This document shows, piece by piece, positions 10,700 through 24,317 of a stretch of DNA of 64,000 nucleotides (positions are counted from its first letter, which is position 1; every line of letters starts with the position of its first letter). The stretch lies in NCBI GenBank assembly GCA_964016885.1, contig OZ024741.1, positions 111,600,001 through 111,664,000 on the forward strand, written 5' to 3'. Source of the stretch: Eledone cirrhosa. Taxonomy: Eukaryota. The notes beneath the pieces are model-generated. The model searched no databases. It was given only the letters and a program-made list of their open reading frames with translations, and was not told the origin of the DNA. Made by a program: the position numbers and the translations under genes.

Positions 10700-13182
10700 G
10701 ATAGCAACTAACAGTGCTGCGATCGAATGTGGCTTTTTAGCCTAGCCAATGATCTAAAATGTCTTGCACCAGAGTCGGCAACCAAAACATTCACTGGGAA
10801 TTGTCGGCTGTGGTTGGAGTTCGTGTACTTTTGCATGTCGCTTGAGCCCTCCTGCTGATTTACATTCTCTACCACATGTTTGGCAAGCATGATGAGTAGC
10901 ATCTCCAACAGCAGCCTGGTAGTCAACCACTGGTCTTACTTTATGACTGCGAAGATGACTTTGGAGTCCAGCTTTGCTTAGGCAGAGCCTCGCACAGACG
11001 CTGCATGTCAGCACCATAGGAGGACCCTCGCCGTCTGGAAGTGCAACAGCAATGCCCTTCCTCACATCCCGCTTTACTTTCTCGTGTGCGATTCGAGATG
11101 CCTCAAAGGCAACTTTTCCCTCATATACAGTCTTTCTCCATTTATTACGATCAGCAGCAATATTTTCCCATGTATCAGCAGAGATGTTAGCGTCTTTCAG
11201 AGAGGCTTTCAAGGAATCCTTATACCTCTTTTTTGGTTTATGTGGCGGTCGTTTTCCTTTAACCAACTCCCCATAGAAGAGTTGTTTTGGTATTCTAGAA
11301 TCCTTCATCCTGGCAAGGTGACCACTCCAACGGAGTTGTTGCTTAAGCACAAGAGCTTCTATACTGTCACACATAGAGCTTTCCAAAATCTCGGCATCAC
11401 TGATGTGGTCCCTCCAGTGAACGCCATGGATCCGTCTGAGACACATCTGATGGAAACGCTCCAATTGCCTAAGGTGGCGTCGATATGTGACCCAGGTCTC
11501 GCAGGCATAAAGAAGACAAGAGAGTACACATGCCCTGTACACCTTTACCTTTGTCCTCCTGCATATGTTTCGCCGACCCCAGAGTCGCCTTTCTAGCTTT
11601 CCGAAAGCATCACTTGCTTTCCTAATCCTAAGTGAGATTTCACTGTCAAGGTTGCCGTATCGATTGACAGTGCTTCCCAGGTAGACAAACTGATCAACCA
11701 CTCCAAGTCGTTTGCCATACACATAGATGTTTGGTTCAGTGTACTGCTTACTAGGGGCAGGTTGGTACATGACAACGGTTTTCTTGAGACTGACAGTCAA
11801 ACCCAGGGCAGTGCAAGCGTCAGAAAATGCATTCAAAATGTGCTGCATATCACTCTCTGTGTGCGCTACAAGATCGCAATCATCTGCATACAAGAGGTCT
11901 CTTATGATTGATGTAAATACTTTTGTCTTCGCAGCAAAGCGCCTGATGTTAAATATGCTGCCTGAGGTTCGATATCGGATGTAAACACCATGCTCGCAAT
12001 TCCTGAATGCAATACAGAAAACCATTGCAAAGTATATGGCAAACAGGGTCGGTGCTGGAATATCCCCCTGTTTCACTCCATTTTTTACTGAGATAGGTTC
12101 CGACATGTTACCTCCGACATTAACCCAAGCCTTCATGTCGTCATGGAAAGAACTAACTAAAGCAAGGAACTTATCAGGGCAACCAAGTTTCTGGAGAACC
12201 TTCCATAATGCATCTCTGTTGACAGTATCGAAAGCCTTTGTCAGATCGACAAAAACCTGATACAGATCCAAGCCTTGTTCAATGCACTTCTCCTGGAGCT
12301 GTCTAGCTGAGAAGATCATATCAGTAGTGCCGCGTCCAGCACGAAAACCAGATTGACTTTCAGGAAGAACACAATCTGCAATGTGTGTCAGCAGACGGTC
12401 CAGAAGCACCCTACATAAAACTTTCCCTACGACAGAAAGCAATGATATACCTCTGTAGTTCCCACAATCATTCCTGTTACCCTTTCCCTTGTACAAGACC
12501 ACCATTACTGCATCTCTCCAGTCCTCAGGCACGGATTCATTAGCCCATATCCTTCCAAACAAAGAGTGAAGATGTTGCAGGAGTCTCTCACCACCATATT
12601 GTAGGAGCTCAGCATGTATGCCATCCATACCTGGAGATCATCCACTGTTCAGCTTCGAAATAGCCACTGCAACCTCCACAAGCGTCGGAGGTTCTGCGAG
12701 AGCTACTTTCACAGGACTTTCTGGAATGAGATTGAGGAAATCTTCACTGACGACAGACGGCTGATTCAAAAGATCATCAAAGTGCTCTCGCCACCTTCGT
12801 AGAATTCCCTGTGAGTCACGAAGAAGTTCTTTGCCATCCTTGCTGCGAAGCGGTGTCACCAGAGAAGAAGACGGTCCATAAACCTCACGCAAGAGACTGT
12901 ACAACAGCTTTGTGTTATTGGAATCAGACGCAGTTTGTATCTCACCAGCCTTCTCACTCCACCACTGATCCTTCATCTGAGAAAGACTCCGCCTAACACG
13001 TGATTTTACATCCCTGAGCTCCTCATGCAACGTATTCTTCTCCTGTGGTTTTGCCGTCAAGTAGCGTGACAGAGCACGCCTCTTAGCCAACAAGTCTTCT
13101 ATATGTACATCATTCTCATTAAACCAGTCCTGATGTTTTCTCTGCACCAATCCCAGAACACGCCTGCCTACATCATAAACCG
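10700..13182 (-). mobile_element. RTE-clade LINE, 5'-truncated, young (624-aa intact RT stretch, three C2H2 fingers)
   Basis: ORF 10754-12628 has NYRGISLL, QSGFRAGRGTTD, FVDLTKAFD, GVKQGD, LLYADDC. Frameshifts near 12630 and 10755. The 3' end runs into (TG)n and the 5' junction is in (ATGT)n. Confidence 0.97.
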
Positions 13183-13207
13183 ACATACATACATACATAC
13201 ATACATA

Positions 13208-13386
13208 CATGGTGGCTGCCAACTCGTTTTCGAGTACGGCCACTACTTTATATTCATGTAGGAGAACCCCTACCGATACGCTGAACGAGTGTGACCTTTT
13301 AGTCCTGCAGGATGTCCATAGCCACCCTCCTCACCAAGAAACCTTGGTGGGGTTGCCAGTTTAGTCGCCAACGACCCGACCATGAC
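13208..13386 (-). mobile_element. Short non-autonomous RTE derivative
   Basis: GGTCGGGTCGTTGGCGACTAAACTGGCAACCCCACCAAG is shared with 8244-8300 and 46930-46987(-). Embedded in (ATAC)n. Confidence 0.7.
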
Positions 13387-13391
13387 ATACA

Positions 13392-13423
<32 letters not shown>

Positions 13424-14365
13424 AATATATAAACATATATATGCATGTATATATATCATTCACGCACACAAATATACACATACACAGGCTCACCACCATT
13501 GATAGTATCTTATTTAAAACAAGATTATGTTCAAGTTTTAACTTTTGTTTCGTATGTCCTTATTACATGGGGAACTTGTGGCAAATATCATGTAGTCATT
13601 AAGAGTTACGTATGGCTCCCGATTGGCTAAACACTGCGCTTTGTTCGTGGCTATAATTTTTGCTTCCTTATTAATGTTATCATAGATTTTTGTGTTAGTT
13701 TCCTTTAATTTTTTGTGTGCTATTGTCCATTACGAGTTTAACGTGTATACATTCTTTCATATTTGTAGGATTTGTTAGAGTTCCTAATGGCCGTGATGTC
13801 AGATTATATTTTATATTGGAAATAAGGATTGGGAGATTATAGAAGAAATGTAAAAGCTTAATAAAACGTAATATATGTTACTTACCCTGCACCAGTAATT
13901 GACAAATATTTACATTGTTCGTAACACACATTTACAACTACAGCATGAAAGCATGAATAAAAGAAACCAAGTACAGTATATTTTCACACGCCTGCATAAA
14001 CACACTCATAAACACACATACATACATATATATGTATGTATGTGCGTGTGTGCGTGTGTGTATATGTATGTATGTATGTATGTATGTGTATATGTATGTC
14101 TCTCTCTCTCTGTATATATATATATATACACGTTTATTTAAACATACATGTATGTATATATATATGTACACACACAAACATAGATATGGATACATACACA
14201 CACGTACACACACACACGTACACACACACACACACACATATAAATATATATATATATACCACCCCTGTAGGTGTAAACATTATCACATTTCCACGTTTCT
14301 CGTATCTGATGGGCATATTTGATTAAATAATACTTTTCCATTACTAAATTAAAAATAAATAACCG

Positions 14366-14417
<52 letters not shown>

Positions 14418-14474
14418 TCCCGTGTCAGTTACCATGTGTGTTTGAATGTGTGGCATTGGGTGCCTTATATATAT

Positions 14475-14522
<48 letters not shown>

Positions 14523-14652
14523 AGAGAGGGAGTGAGAGAGAGAGGAGAAAGAGAGGTGATAAAGTGAAAGTGACTGAGAGAACAAATTATGTGTACACAT
14601 ATGTATGCATATATATACATACAAATATATATGCATACATATATATGTATAT

Positions 14653-14711
<59 letters not shown>

Positions 14712-14989
14712 ATAGATCGAGATATATATGTTTAATACCCAGTGGATATCAATAGAGGAATATCATTAAATATACACTTTCGAACGAAATATTCAATAAA
14801 CAAATGTCAAATGAACTGACATTATCCGCTTAAAATTCTTGACTGAAGAAGATCTAGAGTACAACTGTTCAATATCCAAGCAGATATGTTATGAATCTTG
14901 ACACAGCCTCTGTTATATATATATATGTCATGTGTTTTATTAGGCCATGTGTATCTAGTTTAAAATAAGTACACCGTATTTCTGCATAT

Positions 14990-15105
14990 CGTAAGAAGCT
15001 ACTAAAGGGTTGGTGTCAGGAAGAGCATCCATCTATAAAACATTGCCTCAAAATGTCTCGTCCAACCCATGCTGGCATGGAAAATTCACCGTATAAATAG
15101 TGATG
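14990..15105 (+). mobile_element. SINE 3' tail fragment (second family)
   Basis: GGTGTCAGGAAGAGCATCC..TCCAACCCATGCTGGCATGGAAAA, an RTE-type SINE tail. Confidence 0.5.
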
Positions 15106-15827
15106 ATTAGTAGAATCGGTAGAGTGTCTTTTGGACTTTTATTGCGTAACTTTTTACGTTCTGATTTCATGTCAGCGATATTGACTTTACTTTTAATCGT
15201 TCCAGAATTCCTGAACATTCTAATTGGATTTGATTCTATTAGTCAGTTCGAGTTATGTGAAGGCGGACTGTGAGACGACTGCTATGTTAGACTGCTATGT
15301 TAGACGGCTGCCGAATGTGTACAATTCTGACGAAATATTGTACATAAGAATATTTACTTTTGTTATCATTAAGAATTCCATTAGATTTTCAGGAAAAGTT
15401 TCGTAAAACTATGAAACGGTACTATCATTTAACAGCTTCTATTAAAAGTGCCGACACATGACGACTTTAAAATGACTTTAAAATGATGAATATTAATATT
15501 TGTTTCGTAAATGTGTTGGCTGATCGTTTTAGATAGTAAATAATTTAGAGAAGATGAAAGCATAAACAAAACAAACCAATTCCATTTTATTGTTAAAAGA
15601 CAAACGATTTATAGAATATTCATTTTAATTATTACCAGTTATATTAACTGCTTTGTATTTTTCATTTTAAAGTTGGCGTTCCATAGTTTCCTCTTTAAAA
15701 AATTTATCGAATATATAATTATTACTTATTTTCTATTATAATTCCATTCACATCTATGCTTCTTTGTACACATTCTAGTGGTTTAAATGATGGAGATGTG
15801 CTATTTAGACAGTTTACTCGGAATAAT

Positions 15828-16001
15828 AGGTGGGGAATTGTCAGAGTGATTAGGACGTCAGATAGAATGTTTTATGGTATCGTTCCGGCTCTCTGTTCTC
15901 TGAGTTCAAATCCCGTCGAAGTCAACTTTGCTTTTCATCCTTTCGAGGTTATAAAAAAATACCAGTCTAGTACTGGGGTCGATTCTTACTCCATATCTGT
16001 C

Positions 16002-16082
<81 letters not shown>

Positions 16083-16225
16083 ACTTTCTATCTTTCGCAG
16101 GAAGAATTATGCTGTACTCAGACCTAGAGAGGGATCCGTCAGGCTTACAATACACAAGAAGCGCCGTATGTCAATACGCCCCCCCCCCCCACGGCTCTAT
16201 CAGGAGTTACGGGACCATACATACA
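15828..16225 (+). mobile_element. SINE with 3' extension (related copy at 61385-61690)
   Basis: SINE core followed by GATTCTTACTCC..TTTCRCAGGAAGA..CTCTATCAGGAG at both loci. Confidence 0.6.
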
Positions 16226-16489
16226 CACACTGTAATATTCTGATGGCTTATTGTATGACCCGGTTTCGATTTTTTGTTGTATTTCCACAGTTTATTCCAA
16301 CAAGACCCTCAGCCATGGTCTATGTAAGAAATAAACTGTTACAATATCATTTTGAAGATGCGTCGCTGTCTAACGCAACACTAACGTGTCAAAATTATAA
16401 TTTCATCCAGAAGATGTTGCCGAGATATTGAAATGTAAAGGAATATAGGAACATTATTGATCCAAAACAAAACATAAATCTAACAGGAA

Positions 16490-17370
16490 AGGAACTTTGT
16501 GAAATCGATTACTCCTTGAAGAATATTTCCTTCCTTTCCAACCGGAAATTCTTGGAAGATGTTGTGAAGCGTCTGAAATGGAAAACACTAGTCTTCGATG
16601 GGAAACACAGGAAAAGCTGACCTATCCAACCTAAACTCTAGAATCTACATTGCCGCATGATTAAATAACTTCGCTCATTTCGAGGCAGATTTTTATTTAG
16701 TCGCCAATATTTCTACCCATAATTACTCCAACTCTTTTCAAAATAAACTTTTTGCTTCTGTAATACTTTCTTCAAAATATCTAACAACCTGTACGAACTA
16801 AATCAAACTAGATATAATTATCTTACACATAAAACCATAACTTCTAAACATAAATAGATATTTCTTAGAACTTAAAATATCGGTGATAAGGCCAAATCCT
16901 TAGCCAGCTCCCTTAACGTAGACAATAAACTAGAATGTTTAGCCAAACATGCAGCCTTCATCACACTAAAAGGCCATAAACCGGATTTCGCAAATAACTC
17001 CACCTGCAGGCTTACCAATCCTGCTTGAACCAAAATAGGCCTATTTAGCAAAATCATACTTAGAAATCTAAACAGATCCACAAGGAAGCAAACCAACCTT
17101 AACCAATGGGATAATAGTCAGATAGTAATAAATTGGTTTAACACGCTTAACACCACTAACGCATCTAGAGTGACCCAGGTTGACATAATATATTTTTATC
17201 CCTCGATTTCCAAAACTTTATTAGACAGAACTTTAGAGTTTGCTAATAACTATATTAGTGTTTACAAGATCGAGCGCCAAGTTATATTCCACTGTAGAAC
17301 AACAAAGTGGGATGAGTTAAAAAGACTTATTCGATGTATCCATGGGATCATTCGATAGAGCGGACGCATA
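16490..17370 (+). pseudogene. Penelope-like element RT relic (Naiad-like)
   Basis: AFITLKGHKPDFANNSTCRLTNPA*TKIG..NQWDNSQIVINWF..QVDIIYFYPSISK..DVSMGSFD; homologous to 49200-49500. Confidence 0.85.
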
Positions 17371-18027
17371 CAACTTTTATATATATATAGCTGATTATTT
17401 ACAAACCGTTTCTCGACTTTCTTGCTGTTTACTTTCATGTGATTTGGAAAAGTGGAACATAGACTTTAGTACATAAAAAAGTAGCACACTGTAGAAGATT
17501 TGAATAATATAGAAGTATTGGTTAGTATTAGAAGAAAATAACAAAGGGATATTAATGATTAATAATATAACTTTTCGTTTAACTGACATTAATCGTTATA
17601 GCAGAAAAATCACTTAATATTATTAAACAATGTGTTTAAAGAGAACGGAAAAATGTGTGTGTGTGTGTGTGTGCGCGCGTGCGTATTGATTTGTTCATAG
17701 CTATCATCAGAGTAAATCCTCTGTTTAAAGGTTAGTTCGTTTCGTGGTCCCAGTAGACAGAATGGAGAAGGCATTATCCCGGGGGATGGTGAAGGAGGAG
17801 CACTGGAACAGCCACTCCAGCTTGCGGGGCTAGCCCTTGCGGGATGCCGGGGGTGACGGGTGGAGGAAGAACACCGGAAGTTCTCACTGCCATAGTTTGA
17901 ATAGTCACACCTTTAACACTTGGTGAAGTAAAAATAATTATGTGGAAATAGTTTGTGCAAAGAAATATATAATATAATATAATGATATAATAATATAATA
18001 TAATATATATATATGTATATATATGCT

Positions 18028-18122
18028 GCAAGCATATATGTTATTTTCTTACAATATTTTTTCATATATATTATATATATATATATATGAAAAATATTGT
18101 AAGAAAATAACATATATGCTGC
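18028..18122. repeat. About 95-bp palindrome centred on a TA run
   Basis: AGCATATATGTTATTTTCTTACAATATTTTT..AAAAATATTGTAAGAAAATAACATATATGCT. Confidence 0.9.
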
Positions 18123-19147
18123 AAGTTAAATAACTTGTAACGATTAAGTATTGTCAATCCCTAAAGCGTGCCGGGATCAAACTACAAAGTTGATATTTTG
18201 TAGAATGTACACAGAAACCAAGAATTTCTGAAAGTACATTTAAACGGTGGCCATTATGAAATATTTTAAACAATTTCTCATCTAAACACATCTCATGCCA
18301 CGTATTTAAATGGAATTTATGATATTATGCTGGTAAGATATGGAATGACTGAGAAACTATCATTGAATTTTAAATCAGATATATTTAGTCAGAGCTGTAT
18401 CAGAACATTATTCAGGTTTCGTAAATTGGTGAAAATGCTAATAAAACCTTGTTTGAAAGAGTTTTCAATTAGGATAATATAAGGTCTGGAGTTAATGTTG
18501 ACGAAGTAAAATTTAAATCAAAGCTTTCCTAAGACAATTAGTCACAAGTGCTCACTTACTAGGAATGATGTAGTTAAAATTAGGAGAAAAATCATTTTGT
18601 TGGCTAATAGGATTTTGGAGGAAAATTGTTTTTGGAACGTGCAAAGTTCTTACAAGAGTAAATGACCATAATTTTATTCTTATTAAAAATGTTATGGTAT
18701 TTATGATTTATCGAGAAATTGAAAGAAATTAAATTTAAGAAGTGTACACTAACTATATGATTATATAATAGAATTCTATAGAGGAGGAGAGACGAGTCAG
18801 TAAGATACGCACTCCGATGGAGGTTACAATGGCAGTACACAATGTATTGGCGATGACAAAGGGAAATATGTAACCATAACTAAAAATTACTAATAATTAA
18901 TCATTTATTACGAAATGTATATTTTTTCAATTAATAGTCTGTTTAAGTTATATATAATACACACATGCGAAGTTTCACATATACTCATACATACACACAC
19001 ACACACACGCGCACAGACACACACAAACACACACATATATAGACGCACAAAACTAAACGAGCGCACACATACATGTACACACCACACACACAAACACAGT
19101 AAAACACTACACAGTTACACAGACACACAGACACACATAGCGTGAAA

Positions 19148-19232
<85 letters not shown>

Positions 19233-19398
19233 AAAGAACGAGGAGAGAGACATAAAAAGACAGAGATAAATAAATGATAAGAGAAATTGATTGAGAGATT
19301 GGAAAATTATATATATATATGTGTGTGCATACATATATATATATACATACATATACATACATATACATATATATATATATATATACATACATATATGC

Positions 19399-19495
<97 letters not shown>

Positions 19496-19929
19496 AAGAG
19501 AGAGAAAGAGAGAGAAACAGAGAGAATGAGAGAAACAGAGAAAGAGAAAGAAAGAAAGAGAGAGAGAAAGAAAAAAGAAAGAAAGAGAGAGAGAGAGGGA
19601 GAGAGAGAAATAATTTAACTCAGTCTTAATCCGGGAGAATTATATTTAATCGTTAAAGCTTCATGTTTCTTTATAGGTTTCGTCTGACTCATGAGGACAT
19701 TGGAATAATCAATTCTCTAGTTCCAACATAGATATTATTAATAGTTCTCGTAAAAAGGGTATTAGAGGTAGTATGGTATACACAGTAGACAGTCGCCTGT
19801 CTAAATAGTCTACACTATTTAGATTTGGGGTTGAAATAGTGAGGTTCAATTCAACCAATTACACTATCTGAGACATTTATGGACCAGTGTCAATGAGATA
19901 TTAACAATAACAACAACAACAATAATAAT

Positions 19930-20178
19930 GCTTTCTTTATTAATCACAAGGGTTGACATGAAGTATAACATTAAGGATAGCACAGGAGGGAACAGGACGC
20001 ATTTCTGCGTCTAAAGAAATAACAAAAAAAAATGAAACAAAAGAAAATTCTCCAATAGTGGGGAGACTTCCAAGAGTCACTCGTGGAGAGAGCCCCCAAA
20101 ACACCTCGGTGACATTGACCACGAGAGCAAGTGCCCTCTCCCAGTTTTCCACCTCCAATCTCCAGGCGCATACTCACA
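19930..20178 (-). mobile_element. Tx1 LINE 3' UTR fragment in (AAT/AAC)n
   Basis: Homologous to 60-323, with the same terminus AATAAAGAAAGCATTATTATT. Confidence 0.85.
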
Positions 20179-20220
20179 ACAACAACAATAATAATTGTAT
20201 TAATAATAATAATAATAATA

Positions 20221-20460
20221 TGAAGTCAAAGTGGTCCCGATTGTCATAGGCGCACTAGGTACTATCTCAAAAAGTTTCCAGAGATGGTTAAAGAAAATTG
20301 GCCCCGCCACGCTTTTTGGAACGGTTCAAAAGGCATGCTTGCTGGGAACAGCAAGAACCCTCCGATACGTCCTGAATATCTGAGGCTGCAGGTAGTGGCT
20401 TGATATTCATTTCAACAAACTTTCCAGTTAACTAACATCAATGACTGAGACTCAAAGAAC
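20221..20460 (+). mobile_element. R4/Dong-like retrotransposon 3' fragment in (AAT)n
   Basis: EVKVVPIVIGALGTISKSFQRWLKKIGPATLFGTVQKACLLGTARTLRYVLNI*, flanked by AAT/AAC repeats. Confidence 0.85.
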
Positions 20461-20507
20461 AATAACAACAAGAATAATACAACAGAAATATAAAATAAAC
20501 AACAATA

Positions 20508-20910
20508 ATAATTGTTTCTATTTTTGGCACAAGGCCAGCAAATACCCAGTACATTACTGGTACTTTATTTTATCGACCCCGTAAGGATGAAAGGCAAAGT
20601 TAACCTCGGCGGGATTTGAACTCAGATCATAAAGGGACGTAACTCTATGCTTCAAAGCATTGTGTCCAACTCTCTACCGATACTGCCACAATAATAATGG
20701 TTTCTGATTTAGGCACAAGGCCAGCAATTTTTGGGGAGAAGAAGTCGATTAAATAGACCCCAGTTCATTACTGGTACCACATTTTATCGACTCCGTAAGG
20801 ATAAAAGTCAAAGCTAATCTCGGTGGGATTTGAACCCAGAACGTAAAAGGCCGTAACTCTATACCGCAAAGCAAGTTTTCCGACCAACCGATACTGTTAA
20901 TCCACCACTT
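20508..20910 (-). mobile_element. Two tandem SINE copies (short-tail 20508-20690; long-tail 20695-20910)
   Basis: Reverse complement of the 7363 family. Confidence 0.9.
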
Positions 20911-21998
20911 TACCAATAACAATAATAATACTCTTCACCATTATCTTCCGCATCATCATTAACATCGTCATCATCCTCCAGCACCATCACCAACATCCCC
21001 ACCATCAAGTCAACCATAACCTCAACCACCACCAAAACCATCCACCAAAACCACCACCACAATCACCACAAACCCCCCCCAACCAAAACCACCTCCACTT
21101 TGTGCCAAATGTAGAAGCAATTATTATTGCTATTATTATTGTTATCATCATCATCATCATCATCATCATTATGCATTTTATTACTTTTAAGTTATTTTAG
21201 GCTCTGTTCTCGTTTGTGTTGTCATTACTGAGAAACCAAGATTTGCCACAACAATCACCATATATCTATGATGTTACAATGAAGCAATATAAAGAATAGA
21301 TTTGTTTTAAATAACATTAACAACAACAACAACAGCAACACGAGTAGCAAATAAAAACAACAACAAAAGTAAAATCAAAACAGCAATAAAACTAACCATT
21401 CCCGCTTTCCCAAAAGAAAGTTTTCAATGGAAAAACAAAGAAAACCAAACCAACAAAAACAAAAGATAAACAACAAACAAAAATACCTACAGAAAAAAAA
21501 CAGTATAACCAAAATAAGGTCAAATGCTTAATGGATTCAGCACAATCCTCTAGGGTTTGAAAGACAGCGGTAAAACAAATGTAAATTAATCACTGGTTTT
21601 ATTTTTCGGGGATTTTTTTAAAGTGTAGTGTGCAGCATATAATGTGTAGTGTGTATCGTGTAGCTTGGAGTGAGTAGGGCATACGATGGTGAAGTGAAAT
21701 AATTATCGAACTTTATAACAGTGCAATAATCACTTCAGTGAACTGATCAATACAGAATATAACATAATGTGGTATCGTTTGTATTGTTATATTTATTATA
21801 TTATCCATCCTTTTGTTTATTGTCACCTCTACTGACATATAATATCTCCACCAGGAGCTACTACCCACTCACACACCAGCCTGCCAATATTTTGTGCAGT
21901 GCACACCACACAAATATTTGTGGTACAAACTCACATCCTAACACAGATATTCACGGGTAGATACGAGTGATATATATACACATACACCCACCCAGTCC

Positions 21999-22104
<106 letters not shown>

Positions 22105-23323
22105 AAAGGTAAACAGAAATACGCAAGCACACGCACACACATATATATTAATTTCTGTACATAAAGTATATGCTTATATTGTATGTATGTGTAAAGGAAT
22201 GTTTTAAAATAATATCTAGATACACACTATTTCGTAAATTACAACGCTTGCATAGCATTTCCTGTCATGACATTACATCAGCTCGCTTTCCTCATTTCTT
22301 ATTCTCCAATCAACAGATTACACTACACCTCTATACTTCCGCAACTAACGCGTGTTGTTATATATCATATGTCATGGCGAAGCACTGACAATTCTAGAAT
22401 CTTCCTGGAGGCAAATATTTAGCTGACGTTTGTTGAATTGGAAACTTTTGAAATTTTCTCATACTCTCAGTATTAATTAAATTCATTTCTATAGAGATAG
22501 ATTGGCGGAATCACTAGAGCGTTGAACAAAATGGGTATATTGAAGAGTTAGATTCCACTTCTCTCTCTATATATATATACACACACACACACATAAATAT
22601 ATATATATATAAACATATACATACATATATAGAGTGTCATTATAGCGCCTTAGTATAAGTGGAAGCACTTTTTATCTTTGTAGATACATATATATTTGTT
22701 AATATTTAGCATGCTTACAGTGATTACATCACACATATTAACGATGATGCGATTTTGAAGTTCTGTGAATGCATTTTGCATCTGATTTTTAGTTACATTG
22801 TGAATCAAATGAATCTTCCTAGCCTGTGTGTCATCTCTAGAACTAAATTTAATTGATTTAACAGTAGTCTTTACATTTTCTCATAAAATATATTGAAAGT
22901 AATTATTAATTAAAAAATATATGATTAAAAGATTATAATAAATCGTTTGATTAATGGCTATAAAATAATAAACGTCAAGCTTTTAAATATTCTTTATAGA
23001 TTAAATCTATTATGTATATATATAGAAGTATACTTACCAAAATAGAATATTCTAATAGCGCACGTGTTTATAATCACGCCCTTTCTCTCCCTTCTTCCTC
23101 TCCCTCTTATATATATACCAGTAATTGGTGCAGGTTGGTAGTTTTTCCGGAAATGTTTGGGTATGATTTTGAAGGACGTGTTTGATGGTTACTTTGTCAT
23201 GTACATTATGTGTTTGATGAGTTGGTTAGAATGAAGGTTTATGGATCGCGTTAGTTGAGTTTGTGGATAGCATTGAATGACTTGGTGTATATTTGTTTAC
23301 GTTCAAGCTAATGCAATTGGCGG

Positions 23324-23397
<74 letters not shown>

Positions 23398-24317
23398 GAA
23401 TAAACAAGAGAGATGAACACTAATATAAACATACATGTGTTCGAATCGTAAGGACTAGGTTTGCTTGGGTGAAAAAATCCTAACTACAACAATATGGTTT
23501 GTCAGACTTAATTTTAAGTAGTAAATTAAGAAAAATAACAGACCTATATCGGGCAATTGCCTGGTAACAACTACACAGTTTTAGAAATTGCTTCGCAACA
23601 TTTTATTAAGCGAAGTCAACACCGAAGTCAACATTTGTTTATTCAATTATATTACACGGCTCGGAAAAGCTTTTTTCATAGAGCTATTCAATTGTAAGAG
23701 ACTACTCTGAGTTTCTAACTCACTATATATTTTTCGGCTCCATCATGTAGAGCTAATCTTAATGTCTTGTTAACCAGGATGCTATTTTTAGTGGCATATG
23801 ATTTCGAGACAAGCTGGGTTCCGAAGACACGTGCGCTAATTCATATCGCACACAATTCAGTCTTCTAATATTTTTAGAAGTGGAGGATCGCTAATTTCTC
23901 AACAACTACTGAGGAGCAGAAAAACGGTGTTGACTTCGCTTAATAAGATGTTGCGAAACAATTTCCAAAACTGTCTAGAAACATTCACAAATGGTGACAG
24001 CGTACCCTGCTGCTTAGTTAAAGTTGGGAAAAGCCGGCATCACGTGATGCGCCGCATCCAATCAGATGGCCGTATCCCGAAGGGGAAAGAGAATGGGCAG
24101 GAAAATCATCGGCTATTACAAAAGATAATTTTTTTCTGTTTTGTCTGTTTAAAAATGTTCAAAAATGTTGCTAATCATTTTTTTTTAAATATTCACAACA
24201 CAGAGAATAACATAACAGAAGATATAAGTTTTTTGTTTATTTGTTTTTGTCTGTAAATGTTCAATAATGTTGATTACCGCTATAGCTTTCAATATATCTT
24301 TCTTTTTTTTTTTATAA

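Noticed and set aside
14843-14915. Hammerhead-like CTGAAGA..GACA-CAG..CTG-TT before a TA run
   Set aside because: GAAA is mutated and there is no stem I. It may be a decayed PLE end but cannot be supported.
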